From Eledone cirrhosa (Eukaryota), in the NCBI GenBank assembly GCA_964016885.1, contig OZ024742.1, positions 179,366,001 through 179,430,000 of the forward strand: a stretch of 64,000 nucleotides of DNA, read 5' to 3'. The notes beneath the pieces were generated by a model. That model made no database searches, had not been told where the DNA came from, and worked only from the letters and a program-made list of their open reading frames with translations. A program made the translations under genes and the position numbers. Shown in pieces: positions 1-13,436 of this stretch (position 1 is the stretch's first letter; every line of letters begins with the position of its first letter).

Positions 1-29
1 TTCATACTGATAGCGTATGGTCTTGTAAA

Positions 30-486
30 TCTTAACTATAATAAAGAAAGGAGTGCGGGACTGCATCCAGAATATATTGTTTTACCCCCTTTGAATAAAT
101 AATGAATGAATATTACATAATTTATCTACTAAATTGCGTGGCTGTTGAATAAATATATTTTATAGCTTATTTAAAGATTCACTTCTTTAAAATTGTCAAA
201 TGCCAACACTTCCGGTTAGCGGCCGTTATATTATAACACGTATAATCGCATATATTTCCGTCGTTAATTTTCTCCTAATGCAGTTTATATATAATATCGT
301 CTTTTTTAAAATGTATCCTGGATTACGTTACTGATTACAGAAGACAGTGTAACACAGTCTTCGTTCAATTTCTGTGTATATTGTCAATTACGATTTTATT
401 TACATGCATATATATTTGTGTATAATATCAATATACACACTACACATGCTAACAGAAAACCACCCGGCGGGTGGTTTTTCTGCTAG
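30..486 (+). mobile_element. Non-autonomous Helitron-like element
   Basis: Starts A|TC at 30; ends with hairpin accacccggcgggtggt, then CTAG|T at 483-487. Diverged inverted copy at 55110-55601 has the same termini. Confidence 0.75.
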
Positions 487-1171
487 TGTTAAACATACGG
501 TATATTGCCAAATATACTATACATACATTCATGTGTACATCGTTATTTCAGAGCATATATATATATATATATACAACAAAGGAATTATAGTAAGGAACCA
601 GATGGACCATAATGCACCAGGTAGTAGAGTGGGAAATAGGGAAAAGTATAACCCCGACGACAGGGCTCAAGCCGTTTCGACGGCTATTTCTGGACGGGTC
701 ATACTTTTTCATATATATATATATAACGGCGATGAATTAGTTTTGCGAGGTTTTTTTATATGAAATCGTGTGTCGAAACGTGGAGTCAGCAATAGTCAGT
801 CCTTGTATTAACATTGAACTAAAACCTGTTGAGAAAGTGGCTTCCTTGTTCAATCATCTTACCAGAAGCCTGACATTATTTATGTAAGCGAACGGTACTT
901 GATTTAGGAGCCGCAGAAACCCAAATACTGGATTTTACCAACCTTCCAGGGGTCCGGGTAAATTTTCCATACCCGAATTACTTGATCGTTTTTTTGGCTA
1001 TGCGAATTCTTGTTTAACCATCGTCAGAGTGTGTTTAGCGTTTAACGTTTGTTATAGCTCTGGATCATCTGAACCATTGAGCACTTGCCTCACATCTCGG
1101 AAGTTGTTTTTCGTTATTTCGTGGGCCGAAATGCGAATCTCGATAATTTATGTTTGTATATATATATATGT

Positions 1172-1261
<90 letters not shown>

Positions 1262-1266
<5 letters not shown>

Positions 1267-2085
1267 AAAAATAATAAATAAAAACAAAGAAACAGTTCCT
1301 TATATTAAAAAGTTCATCATTTTACGATCGTTTCTAGGATATATATGTTAGTGTTGGTATGTATATCATATAGATCTATGTAAAAAATTTTACAAACTAT
1401 CAGAGGGAATATACATACCTACACATATATATGCTGTCTTCAGAAATAATGATATTTGTTTATTGAAGAAAACCAACAAGGATTTAATATAATAGGTCTG
1501 TTTGGGAACAGGTTTTGAATTGACCAATAGAAATGTAGTAAAGGTCAAGATGGTGAAATAGTAGTAATAGAACTTTAATTTAGGGGTAGAGGAAGGTAGA
1601 TTTCAGTTTTGGATGGAAAGCGTATGATGAATGAAAGATTATTTTATTATTCATTCATCATACTCTTTCCATCCAAAACTGAAATCTACCTTCCTCTACC
1701 CCTAAATTAAAGTTCTATTACTACTATTTTACCATCTTGACCTTTACTACATTTCTATTGGTCAATTCAAAACCTGTTCCCAAACAGACCTATTATATTA
1801 AATCCTTGTTGGTTTTCTTCAATAAACAAATATCATTATTTCTAAAGTACCAGTAATGCACTGGATAATTGCTGGCCTTGTGCCTAACGTAGAAACAATT
1901 ATTTCTGAAGACAGCATATATATGTGTAGGTATGTATATTCCCTCTGATAGTTTGTAAAAATTTTGACATAGATCTATATGATATACATACCAACACTAA
2001 CATATATATCCTAGAAACGATCGTAAAATGATGAACTTTTTAATATAAGGAACTGTTTCTTTGTTTTTATTCATTATTTTTTTAA
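1262..2085. repeat. Long near-perfect inverted repeat (foldback), arms about 380 bp
   Basis: 1262-1645 is the reverse complement of about 1650-2085; the right arm has an extra SINE-tail piece at about 1845-1900. Confidence 0.9.
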
Positions 2086-2222
2086 TTTATCTTGACTCTG
2101 TTTTCCTGTATTTTTCATCGAAAGAAAATGTTTGAATACATCTTCTCTTTTCATGATATTCGGATTACATTGAGTTCTTCATACGGATTGGACACTACCG
2201 TATATTTTGGTAGATTTATCTA

Positions 2223-2323
<101 letters not shown>

Positions 2324-2355
2324 ATACATATACATATACATATATATATAAATAC

Positions 2356-2434
<79 letters not shown>

Positions 2435-2497
2435 GTCCCAATGGTCTGATACCATCAACACTATAAACACAGAGCTGGCATATCTAAGAACTGACTA

Positions 2498-2553
2498 ACT
2501 GCCTGATGAGGTCATAGCCATTCAATGGCTATCATCGAAATATATATAGCAGT
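2498..2553 (+). ncRNA. Type I hammerhead ribozyme motif, palindromic stem III
   Basis: actgc-CTGATGA-ggtcatagcca(ttcaa)tggctatcatc-GAAA-tatata-TA-gcagt; stem I actgc/gcagt. Confidence 0.8.
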
Positions 2554-2594
2554 AAATAAAGGATTATGAGTTCATGCAATTGACTTATGTTTCG

Positions 2595-2649
<55 letters not shown>

Positions 2650-3082
2650 GGAAATCAGTAAAATCGAATCTCTGGCGGTTTGCAAGTGAATTCGGCCTAC
2701 TTATATGAAATGATGAGTTAGCAAAGCACTCGATAAGATAGGTCCTTAGAGTAATAACATACGTTTAAAAAGCTTGACAAATCGAACATTGTGGTAGGCT
2801 AAACTAACACACAATATATATACCAGAGCAACGATAGCACTAATCAGGTTGAGAAAAAGTACACCTGGACAAATTAGACGAATAGACGTTTAAGACAAAT
2901 TAGACGAATAGACGTTTAAAGTGTTTCTTTGAATCCCAAATCAAATATCCGACTTACTTGAAAGGCAAGCTCCTGGCAATTGATGACCGAACGTTTTAAA
3001 AGGTACACAGAAATAACAACACAATAGGTACAGTATATGAAAGGAATATATCAGGTTAATGCTTGAAATAGCAGGAAGAGGG

Positions 3083-3118
3083 TCTTAACCTTTCGGACGC
3101 TAGTCCTTCATCAGAAGA
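3083..3118 (-). ncRNA. Minimal hammerhead motif (weak stem III)
   Basis: Reverse complement: tctt-CTGATGA-a-ggac(tagc)gtcc-GAAA-gg-TT-aaga. Confidence 0.55.
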
Positions 3119-3304
3119 AAGAATGAGAAATTAGATAGATTGAAGGGACGGGCGGAGTGGAATTGGAAAAAATGGTTTTAGAGAAAAATAACAGGTCCAT
3201 TCAGGTTGCCATATCATAATGTAATTTACAATTGTTTCATCCTCGTGCTGATATAACTCTTTCACCTAAACCATTCCAGTTTTTTTATATTTCCAAACGA
3301 ATTT

Positions 3305-3350
<46 letters not shown>

Positions 3351-3352
<2 letters not shown>

Positions 3353-3630
3353 GTGGGAAAGTAAAAAAATCGGGGAATAGACCGTTAAAACATGTTTATT
3401 TAAAACAGCACCTACGTACGTTTCGCCCAGTTGGGCTTCTCAAGGGCATAAATAATCACAAGTGTTCCTTATATTGCTCGGAAAACACCCAAAATTCTTT
3501 CCGAGCAATATAAGGAACACTTGTGATTATTTATGCCCTTGAGAAGCCCAACTGGGCGAAACGTACGTAGGTGCTGTTTTAAATAAACATGTTTTAACGG
3601 TCTATTCCCCGATTTTTTACTTTCCCACGT
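3351..3630. repeat. Near-perfect inverted repeat with a U3:A8-variant hammerhead in each arm (3408-3447 minus, 3535-3574 plus)
   Basis: gccc-TTGAGAA-gccca(ac)tgggc-GAAA-cgtacg-TA-ggtgc; the arms are reverse complements. Confidence 0.8.
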
Positions 3631-3789
3631 GCTTACGCTCTGCTCACTCTCTAGCCCACTAAATATTAACACTTCGAATATTTAATACTTCCGGCACTAG
3701 TATCGAGCACCTTTGGCATACGCTACTTGGCAAATAACTATATGTATCACCTATCCTCCCCTTTTTTTCTCTTTCTCTATACGTAAATA

Positions 3790-3829
<40 letters not shown>

Positions 3830-4074
3830 CGAAAGTCAGCAAATTTATTTTAGTGACCTCCTGCCATAGTACACGCGCTCATTGAGATAAAAATTGTGCT
3901 GTTGATTAGTTACACATTGCATTACTGAGCAGACACATAGAGAGTTTTATGGCGGTATTCAAGTATTATTAGTAACACTAATACGTTTGTATACGTTTGT
4001 GTATGAGTATTTGTGTGTGAATGTGAACTTTGTATTTTATCTTTATCATTGTGTTATTGTGTATACGATGACAG

Positions 4075-4290
4075 AGTAGCGGATTGGCAGTATCAGTAGG
4101 GCGTCGGACAACATGCTTTGCGGCATAGAGTTACCGGTCATTTGGTTCTGAGTTCAAATCCTGCCAAGTTTACCATTGCCTTTCATCCTTACGGGGTCGA
4201 TGAAATAAAGTACCAGTAATGCACTGAGGTCAATTTGATCGGTTTTCCCCTCACCCAATTGTTGGTCTTGTGCCTAAATCAGAAAACATT
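4075..4290 (+). mobile_element. tRNA-derived SINE (other copies approx. 35320-35505 -, 38353-38570 +, 38605-38795 +, 50775-50935 -, 51622-51880 +, 53898-54090 +)
   Basis: A-box-like ggattggcagtatcagtagg, B-box-like gagttcaaatcc, shared body gcctttcatccttacggggtcgat..aaataa(a)gtaccagt, (att)n tail; many copies in the window. Confidence 0.85.
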
Positions 4291-4856
4291 ATTGTGTATA
4301 TACAAATAGTTTTTTCAAACAATCCCTGTTCTTTAAAATCGCTTGGTCAATGATCTCCACCCGCCCCACAAATCACTACCTTCCTCAATCACCAGAAACC
4401 ATGTGAATACAACTGATTTACAAGGACAGTTGGCTTTTCCGATGATTTCTTTTGAATGAAATAGTTCTAGTCCTGTAGAAACCATTTTTATATTAAACAT
4501 ATTACCCTATACTAATGTATAGAGTACCTTACTTACTGTAGTTGCACCCGATTGAACATGGGGCTCATATATATATATATGTATGTATGTAAAAGGTAAA
4601 CACAATCGTTACAGGAGGTATATATATATATATATATATAGTAATAATAATAAATGTGAAGACTAAAATCCGAAGAGGGTTCGATAAGGATAAATATATA
4701 TATCAAATATATAAGAACCATAGAGCAAATATTTATTAAAATAGATTAAAGTTTAAGCAAAGTTTCAGAATATCCCGTTAAGGGTGAAGGAAGCGATTCT
4801 TTGTTTAATTTGTTATTTTAATAAATAAATAAATAAATAAGTAAATAAATAAATGA

Positions 4857-4899
<43 letters not shown>

Positions 4900-5091
4900 G
4901 TATAGGATTATCCTAGATGCAGTAATGGTTAATTACTACACTGGATATGGTTGACGTACGGTGAGAGGTTACTCAACGAGTTATGGAAGAATTGTTGAAG
5001 AAACTTAGTTCCTGATCCTTCTGTATTCCGGAGTGTAGATAAAGAATAAATAATAACAGGTAGACATCATAAAAAGGTAATTTATTCTGTG

Positions 5092-5203
5092 TGCTTACAA
5101 ATGTTTCCACGGTGGTTATACAGCCTAGTTATGCTATGTGCAAATTATTACCTATTTGCAAAACTCAATTATCAAATGCTGTGACCACTGTATCATCAGA
5201 GCA
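5092..5203 (-). ncRNA. Type I hammerhead motif with very long stem-loop II
   Basis: Reverse complement: tgct-CTGATGA-tacagtggt...(long loop)...accaccgtg-GAAA-catttg-TA-agca. Confidence 0.7.
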
Positions 5204-5290
5204 GATGGTTAAAATGTACAATGTAAATACCCTTAAGTGAGGTTATTGGGGAAGATAGAGTAGAAAAGGAAGAGAGAAAAGAAGGGAAGA

Positions 5291-5366
<76 letters not shown>

Positions 5367-5447
5367 GGGGTTGGTGAAATGGGAGAGAGTGGTTTGTAGA
5401 TATCTTAATCAAAATGTTGTGGTAGGGGTTTTATTATACTGGTTACT

Positions 5448-5902
5448 CTTAAAGCGACCACCTTAAGCGATGCGTTGATAGTCAAGGTTGGAATTATTTA
5501 TTGCCCCAGAGGGCAGGTTCATAGATGTGGAGAGGGAGGAAGGTAGACATAGGGCGAGAGAGAGAGAGTGGAATGGATAGAGAGGGAGAGATAGAGAGGG
5601 GACAGACGAAAGCTAAGGGGTGGGTGAACATTGGGTTCATAGTAGTAATCTACGAATTGCACTATGTTCCCATTTATAGTGATAAGCAGGGTATTTTCTT
5701 GTAGTGTGGGGGAAGAGAAAGTGGTTAGCTAGAAAGCAACGTTATAGTTACGGGTTCTATCTCTCCCTCTCTATCCATTCCACACGCTCTCTCTCGCCCT
5801 AGGTCTACCTCCCTCCCTCTCCACATCTATGAACCTGCCCTCTGGGGCAATAAATAATTCCAACCTTGACTATCTACGCATCGCTTAAGGTGGTCGCTTT
5901 AA
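5448..5902. repeat. Inverted repeat, arms about 150 bp
   Basis: 5448-5600 is the reverse complement of 5757-5902. Confidence 0.85.
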
Positions 5903-6009
5903 GGTTCATCCTTGGCAGTGTATTCGGCAGAATTGCCAGAAGTACAACACTATGGGTGTTGTCATATTAATATTTAACTAATGAAAGTCGTAAAAAATAA
6001 ATAATTTAA

Positions 6010-6759
6010 ACATTCCGATTCATATGTCTATAGCATTAATCTGTTCTATGAAGTGTTATTTTGCAGTTAGTTATTTGCAATAAGCCGATTTTAAATATCC
6101 CAGAAAAGCCCTATGTCAACACGGACCTCCAATGACTCCCCCAGCAGTTAAATTATAGAGAGGCGGAATAATCTATAATAGAGAGAGGGGAGAGCGATGG
6201 AGAGAGTAAAGCTAAGAAACTATAGGGAGTTGTGTAAAACAGTGTTGTCATATAGAGAGTGAAGAGCGACAGAGAGAGTAAAACAGTATTATTATAGAGA
6301 GGGGAAATAATCTATTATAGAGAAAGGGAAGAGCGACGGGGAGAGTAAAGCTAAGAAACAACAGGGAGGTGTGTTAAACATCAAAGCATGAAGAGAGTAA
6401 AGCAGTTAAATTATAGAGAGAGGGAAGAGCGACGGAGAGAACGTTATGACTATGTTTGTTGTATAAAATGATGTGTTGCTTAGTTTTCAAAGATTATGTC
6501 GCGTTCCTGAACGAAGTTTTGTCGCTGTTGGGTAGTAGAGAGAGTGAATAAGCGTGTAAGAGAGAGGGTTACAGCATATATTTAGTTTTATCGATTTTTT
6601 TTCATAGAAGCAGGAAATCTTTGGCAAAGTTTATTACGAGTCGACCATCCTTGGTAAATTTGGAGCACATTGGAAAAAAATAATCAAAATTGGTAGAGAA
6701 ATGTGGAAATCCATAAAAATCATACACACACACATACACACACAGACATACATCTTCCG

Positions 6760-6760
<1 letters not shown>
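6010..6760 (-). mobile_element. Second copy of the Helitron 5' region
   Basis: Similar to 12465-13260 (acattccgattcatatgtc...; catagaagcaggaaatctttggc...acagacat). Confidence 0.75.
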
Positions 6761-6834
<74 letters not shown>

Positions 6835-7311
6835 TTGCAAGGTTTTTGATATGTCGAAACAAATATTGTTATACCTGCGGAATAAAAATGGCGTAGACAT
6901 ACACTACGCTACAATACAATAGGAGGAAACATAATAGTACCACTGATGACGTTGCAGATGTGCAACGAAAGAAGTTTGATAGACTATATATATATACTAG
7001 CAGTTTAGCCCGGCGTTGCTCGGGTTTGTTCATTTGCTTTGAAAAGTTACAAACAGGTAAACGTAGCTTGAAAGCGCATAAGCTTATCAATTAAGTGCAT
7101 AAAGCAGTTGAAACGTTTATTAATAGTTACGAACCAATTAGCATTTTGGACAATCAATGATGGGTTAATAATCTTCCAATAGCGATTTAGTAGACCAAAG
7201 TTGCAAGATGGTGGCCCTGATGCCGCTGGGTGTCAGATCTGTCCGCTATGGGTGACCCTACCAGTTTTCCAGACGGCATAGCTCCAACACCTCCAACACC
7301 TGCACGAACAT

Positions 7312-9010
7312 CTATAGCACCTCTTTGTAGACGATATTGCGTGTCATCCCTTGAGGAGTGTAAGCAAAAAGTCCATTTCTGCTCCCTACGCGGGAACAGG
7401 CAACATAAAGTTGGCCATGGGAGAAGCATGGCTCCCCCAAATGGATGCCCGCCACCGACAATGTTTGCCCTTGTGACTTGTTAATGGACATGGCAAAACA
7501 TGGTCTCACCGGAAATTAGGATCACCGGAAATCGAACGGGATATCTGACGCCGAGGGGAAAAGGTTCATCCTTGGAATGAAAACATTATCCCCTCTCCCG
7601 CACCCCGTTACAATGGTGATCTCAATCAAGTGGGGCGTCAGTGACTTGACGACCATGCGAGTACCGTTGCACTGCTTTGGTGGACGCAAGTTCCTTATTA
7701 GCATAATGGGACAGCCAACCCTGAGCTTAAGAATATGAGGTGGGAGCCCTGGGGGCTCAAGAGAATTTAATAACTCAACAGGATAATTAACGATATCGTC
7801 GGGGTCTGACGTCCGGTCGATAGATTTGAAGATGTGTTCTTTACCGGGAATTTTCTAAATCAGCTGCTCGTTAATAAAATTAACCATGGTATTTTTCGGA
7901 GCAAGCATGGCCCTTTCGCTGAGCCAATCGAGGTTTTTAAAGTTAGATGAGACATTAGGAAAAACTGCTTCCCAAAGGTGCGAAGGGCTGCTCACAATGT
8001 TGCACAGGGAGTCGATTGCTATGCCAACCTTGTCATCCGCAGGGACCTTGCCTTCACCAAGTGCTAAAATATTCTGAGCAAATGCTGCAGACATGTTGTC
8101 ACCATACAAATGAGCACGCTTATTTGTGCTCAGGTACAAACTCTTCACCTGGAGCCACAACATGGACGACTTAAGACAGGCACGCACTTCATCAGCTCTT
8201 TCCCTTTGGGGATGACAGTCAGCGTTTGCCGAAAATCCCCTGATAGCAGAAGGGTTACGCAACTCCTAGCAGCCGTAGAATCCCTAATGTCTTTCAGGGT
8301 CCTGTCCAATGCCTGAAGGGCACCCTTGTGTGCCATTGCGCACTCATCCCAAACAATGAGGCAACATTTTTTGAGAACCAGAGCTTCGTGTGAACTCTTG
8401 CTTATATTGCATGTTGGTGTCTCAGTTTTTACTAAATCAAAGGGGAGTTTAAAACGTTGAATGTGCTGTCCTGCCTCTCGGCAGCAAAGTAGTAGCGATC
8501 CCGGACGATGCTACGGCCAACGCAATTTTTTTCTCCTGACGAATCTTAGCGAGAATCAATTTCGTTACATAAGTTTTTCCGGTACCTCCAGGAACATCGA
8601 GAAAGTAAATATCCCCAGTCTGATTTTGAACCGCGTCAATGATAGTTAAATAGGCCAACCTTTGGTCTGACAGAAGTTTGGGCTCATTTTCATCTAAGTA
8701 TTGGGTAAGAGATTCGATGTCATATACTGTTTCCCGGAACAAATCCGGGGCCAACGTGTTAGCTTCCTCTCTGCCGGTTGACGGCAAGCCATACGTCGCC
8801 AACTCACTCCCATCCATGTCGAGGAGGGCGTCCTCGATATCAATGAGTGCCCTGTTGTAGATAATGTCGCTGTAACCAACTTCCACTCAAGTATACTGTA
8901 GATGAGCCAGGCGCAGGAAGTCCTCAGACATGAAGTTTCTGTACTTGACCCATAAAGATTTGGGATCACCCAATTCACACTTTTGAAGCAAAATAGCAAA
9001 GAGTTCCCGC
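7312..9010 (-). pseudogene. Helitron PIF1-family helicase, frameshifted
   Basis: Motifs [79 protein letters not shown], split over several ORFs. Confidence 0.93.
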
Positions 9011-11570
9011 ATGAGGCAATCATAGTGTTCCATCGCGTTCGGTCAGCAGCCAGTTGCACAGCGTCCCGCCATTGTCTGTTTGTCGCTCGCAGGTCCCTCT
9101 CAACTGTCTGGCACCAGTTCATATTGGGTCGCCCTCTCCGTCTGCTTCCCTGCGGGCTCCATTTAAGTACTTGGTTCGCTAGTCTCTCCGGGGGAAGTCT
9201 CAAAGCGTGTCCAAACCAGCCCAGGCGTCGCTTGCAGATGGTAGAAGAGACTAGCTGCTGGTTGGTGCGGTTCCTGACTTCTTGGTTTGTTACATGGTCA
9301 CTCCATTTAATTCCCAGGATCTTTCGCAGTCACATGGAATCGAATGCGTCCAACTTCTTCTCTTGGCTGGTCTTAAGGTGCCATGTTTCACTTTCGTACA
9401 AGAGTGTGGACCGCACGTTGCTGTTGTAGAATCTCATCTTTGTTTTGAGGGGGAATTTCCTGCTCTTCCAGATCTTGTCAAGCTGGTTAAATGCTGCTGA
9501 AGCCTTTCCCATTCTACATTGCAGTTCACTGTCCATGGTGCCCTCATTGTTAATGGAGCTTCCTTGGTAGGTGAAGTTGTCCACTATCTCCACCTCCCCC
9601 TGTTCAATGAAGACACTAGTTGGTGATGGGTGTGTCCCAGATAACATGCTTTTGGTCTTCTCGGCACTGATATTGAGACCTAAGCTTCCTGCTTCGACAT
9701 TGCTATTGTTAACAATGATTTGCAGGTCAGCTGTGCTCTCTGCAAGTGCAGCAATATCGTCCGCAAAGTCCAGGTCAGACAACTTTTGCTCTCCCACCCA
9801 AGATATTCCCTGGTCTTTAGACGTTCTTCTTAATACCCAGTCAATGGCTATGGCAAAGAGAATTGGAGAGAGCGAGCAACCTTGACGCACGCCAGTAACC
9901 ATCTCAAACCAGTGACTGTAACCATCCTCTGTCCGTATGCAGCACTTGGAGTTTGTGTAAATCTGTTTGATAGCCGAAATGACTTTCTGCGGCAGACCAT
10001 ACTCATGCATGATGCTCCAGAGTGACGTCGATGAATGCTATCGAATGCTTTGGAGAAATAGATGAAGCTGATGACGAGGGGCCTCTGGAATTCGTTGTAC
10101 CTCTCAATGATGCGGCGTAGCGTAAAGATCTGCTCTGCACAGCAACGTTTTGGTCGGAACCCTGCTTGTTGTTCTCGCAGTTCCCGGTCTACCATGCCAC
10201 GTATGCGGTTCAGGATCACCAGACAATAGACCTTCCCTGGTATGGAGAGAAGCGTCACTCCCCTCCAGTTGTCACAATCGGCAAGGTTGCCCTTCTTGGG
10301 GATACAGACAACTGCTCCGTTTCTCCAGTCTTCTGGGACTTCACCCGTGTTCCACACAAGATTACATAAGTGGCCCATCCACTTGACCATGCTTTCGCCT
10401 CCTGACTTCAGCATTTCAGCAGAAATGCTATCCATACCTGGTGACTTGTTATTCTTAAGGGTTTTGATGGCCATGCTGACTTCCTTCTCGGTGAAGTCAT
10501 CAGTATTGATAGGTAACAAACTAGTAGGTTCCTTAGTGTCTGCTGGCATACGTGGCTCCGATCGGTTGAGGACTTCCTTGAAATGTTCAGCCCATCTGAC
10601 TAACTTTTCTTCACCCTTGGAAAGCAGAGTACCATCTTTCGCTTTCACCGGGCCTGAGTTAGCTCTAGAGCTGCCGGTGATTTTCTTGGCAATTTGGTAC
10701 ACAGAGCGCATGTCATTGCGTGCCGCAGCTGCTTCTGCCTCCTCTGCCTTACTCTCAAGCCACATTCGTGTGTCCTTTTGGGCGCTGCGTTTCACCTCCT
10801 TGTCCTTCTAAACATACTGCTGATATACTTTGATGGCCGCTGGGTTAGTGGCATGCCTCTGCTAGTGTAGGGCTTTCCTTTCATTAATCAGCTGCCAGGT
10901 GTTGTCGCTGACCCAAGCTTCTCTGAGGGACTTCCTGTAGCCCAGGATTTCTTTCCCTGCAGCTTCCATGGTCTTATTCATTTCCTCCCACCAATTGACC
11001 GAGCCTGGTGCAGACTCCTCAAGGACAGCAAATCTGTTCCTCAAAGCAGCCTCGAACCGTTCTTCAGCTTGGTAGTGTCAAAACGCCTTGTAGTGGGTGC
11101 TTTCTTCTTCTGCTTCCTCAGTCTGATTTTAACTTTGGTAACAGACAGATCGTAGTCACTGCAGACATCTGCGCCTCGGTAGACTCGGACGTCCTGCAGG
11201 CAAGGAGTTCTCAATCTTGGGCCAATTGCGTCTTGGTCCTGTGGTCGTTCGAAGCCCATGTGACCTTGTGGATGTTCTTGTGGTCAAATAGTGACGAGCC
11301 GATTTTCATATTGTTCATGGCACAGAACTGGACAAACCTGTCCCCGTTGTCCGTGCGGTTTCCATAAGCATGGGGGCCAAGGCCATATTCAAAGCCAACC
11401 CTGCTTCCCCCGATCTGTGCGTTCATGTCTCCCATGATGATCAGGATGTCATGACGTGGGGTTTTATTGACAACATCTGGTAGTTGCTGGTAGAAAGCGT
11501 CCTTGTCATCGTCGTTATGTTCGTTGGTTGGAGCATAGCACTGAGCTATGGTGACCTTTGCATGTGATGG
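9010..11570 (-). mobile_element. RTE-clade LINE fragment (APE endonuclease + RT), decayed
   Basis: QCYAPTN, MGDMNAQIG, KKGNLADCDNWRGVTLLS, QAGFR, GVRQGCSLSPILF, DLDFADDI, RRRGRP; stops and frameshifts. Confidence 0.93.
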
Positions 11571-12445
11571 AACCTGGGAGTACACAATTGTTTGCGCAAA
11601 TGTATCGAACTGGCAAAGTTTGAAGAAACCCGATCTTTCGGATCGGTGGTCAACTTGGCGGCGGTTTGGTCCGTAAAGTAAACCCTTTGTCCATTTTCCA
11701 AATGTACCGCAAGCTGTACGATGGCGGGGTGACGTTGGTGTAGGGGTAAACCAAATAGGCGCCAAAAAGCTACATTGCTACTGATGTACCGCGTGCCAGG
11801 TATTCTGTGACCTCGTCCCTGCTATTTTCAGCTTGAAATGCGAACATTGTGGCATCAGTGCCCTTATTTACATATATGCATATGTATTTTATCGACTTGA
11901 CGGAGTTGCACAACTCAACGTAGATGTGGGCGTTGAACATCTTCAAGAGAAGCGGGGCAGTAAGGGACCACCCATCTATTGTCGACTTGACTTCCCTTTA
12001 CTGTTGTGGTGAAGCCACCGTTCTCGGGCCGTCTCCGCCTGTACAGGGGGTACCCGTCGCCACCAGTCTGAGTCTGGTCAACAAATTTTTAGGGCTATCC
12101 ATTATTGCACGACCCCCCTTTCAGACACGCATGATGCTCATTAGGACCCGACGCACACGGACCATGAATCATCTTACCTTTGACGATGTCATGTAATTCC
12201 TGGTCAGTTGCTGGGTTAGGGATTTCAGCCGAAATGAAGCTGTCTATGGCATTTGAATTGATTTTATCAGCTAACCAAATCAAAATGTGAGCATGTGGCA
12301 GTTTTCGTTTTTGCTATTCGACGGTGAACATGTCACATTTTACAGCCCCAAATACCTGACCTTTTTGATTAAAGCCATGAGTTTAGCCAGTTTCAGTCTC
12401 AACACTCTAGCAATGAGGTCATGTCTGTTCGAATAATTTTGCCTA
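11570..12445 (-). pseudogene. Helitron Rep (HUH endonuclease) remnant
   Basis: Minus-strand translation includes LPHAHILIWL, IDSFISAEIPNP, MIHGPC, FNAHIYVELCNSVKSIKYICIYVNKGTD, YSQVP. Confidence 0.88.
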
Positions 12446-13327
12446 CGAAAAAGTTCACGGGTTACATTCCGATTCATATGTCTACAGCATTAATATGTTA
12501 TATGAAGTGTTATTTTGCGGGTTGTTATTTGCAATAAGCCGATTATGACTGTTTGTTGTTGTATAAAATGATGTGTTGCTTAGTTATCAAAGTTTTTTTC
12601 GCGTTCCCGAACGAATAGGGGGAATGATCTATTATATATAGAGAGAAGAGCGACGGATAGAGTGAAGCTAGTTATAAACCTCGAAGCATGAAAAGAGTAA
12701 AGCAGTTAAATTATAGAGAAAGGGAATAATCTATTGTAGAGAGAGGGAAGAGCGACGGAGAGAGTAAAGCTATGGTTGTTGTGTTGCTTAGGTTTCAAAG
12801 TTTGTGTCGCGTTCCTTCAAAAGAAGTTTTGTCGTTGTTCTAAATTGTAATGGTGATAGAGTAGTAGACGGAGGCAGTAACCTTTTAAAGAGAGTTGCAG
12901 AGGAGATTGAGGGGGGGTAGAGAGAGTGATGAACCTTTTAAAGAGAGTTGCAGAGGAGATTGAGAGTGGAGTAGAGAAAAGGATGAACCTTTTAAAGAGA
13001 GTTGCAACATGTATGTAGTTTCATATATTTTTGATGGTAGTAGTGAGAGGAATGAATCGTGTAAGAGAGAGGGTTACAGCATGTATTTAGCTTTATCGAT
13101 TTTTTCTCATAGAAGCAGAAAATCTTTGGCAAAAATAATTACGTGTTGACCTGCCCTGGTAAATTTGGAGCACATTGGAAAAAAATCATCAAAATCGGTA
13201 GAGAAATGTGGAAATGCATAAAAAATCATACACACACACAGACAGACATCTACTGTTTTATATATAGAGAGATATTTATATCTGTATTTGTAACCGCTGG
13301 TCAATCAATGATAAACATTGATTGCCA

Positions 13328-13393
<66 letters not shown>

Positions 13394-13436
13394 AAAGAAT
13401 ATGTAGTTTATTTGAAGCATTGTATATAGTATAAAG

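Larger units (their letters stand above)
6997..13272 (-). mobile_element. Decayed autonomous-type Helitron (Rep + PIF1 helicase) with internal RTE LINE
   Basis: 5' A|TCTCTCTATATATAAAA at 13272; 3' hairpin cccgagcaacgccggg then CTAG|T at 6997; Rep and helicase remnants inside. Confidence 0.9.

Noticed and set aside
979-1031. Minus-strand CTGACGA-tggtta..tagcca motif
   Set aside because: GAAA is replaced by an A-run; at best a dead HHR.
4075-4170. tRNA-like A/B boxes
   Set aside because: SINE heads with no cloverleaf; not tRNA genes.
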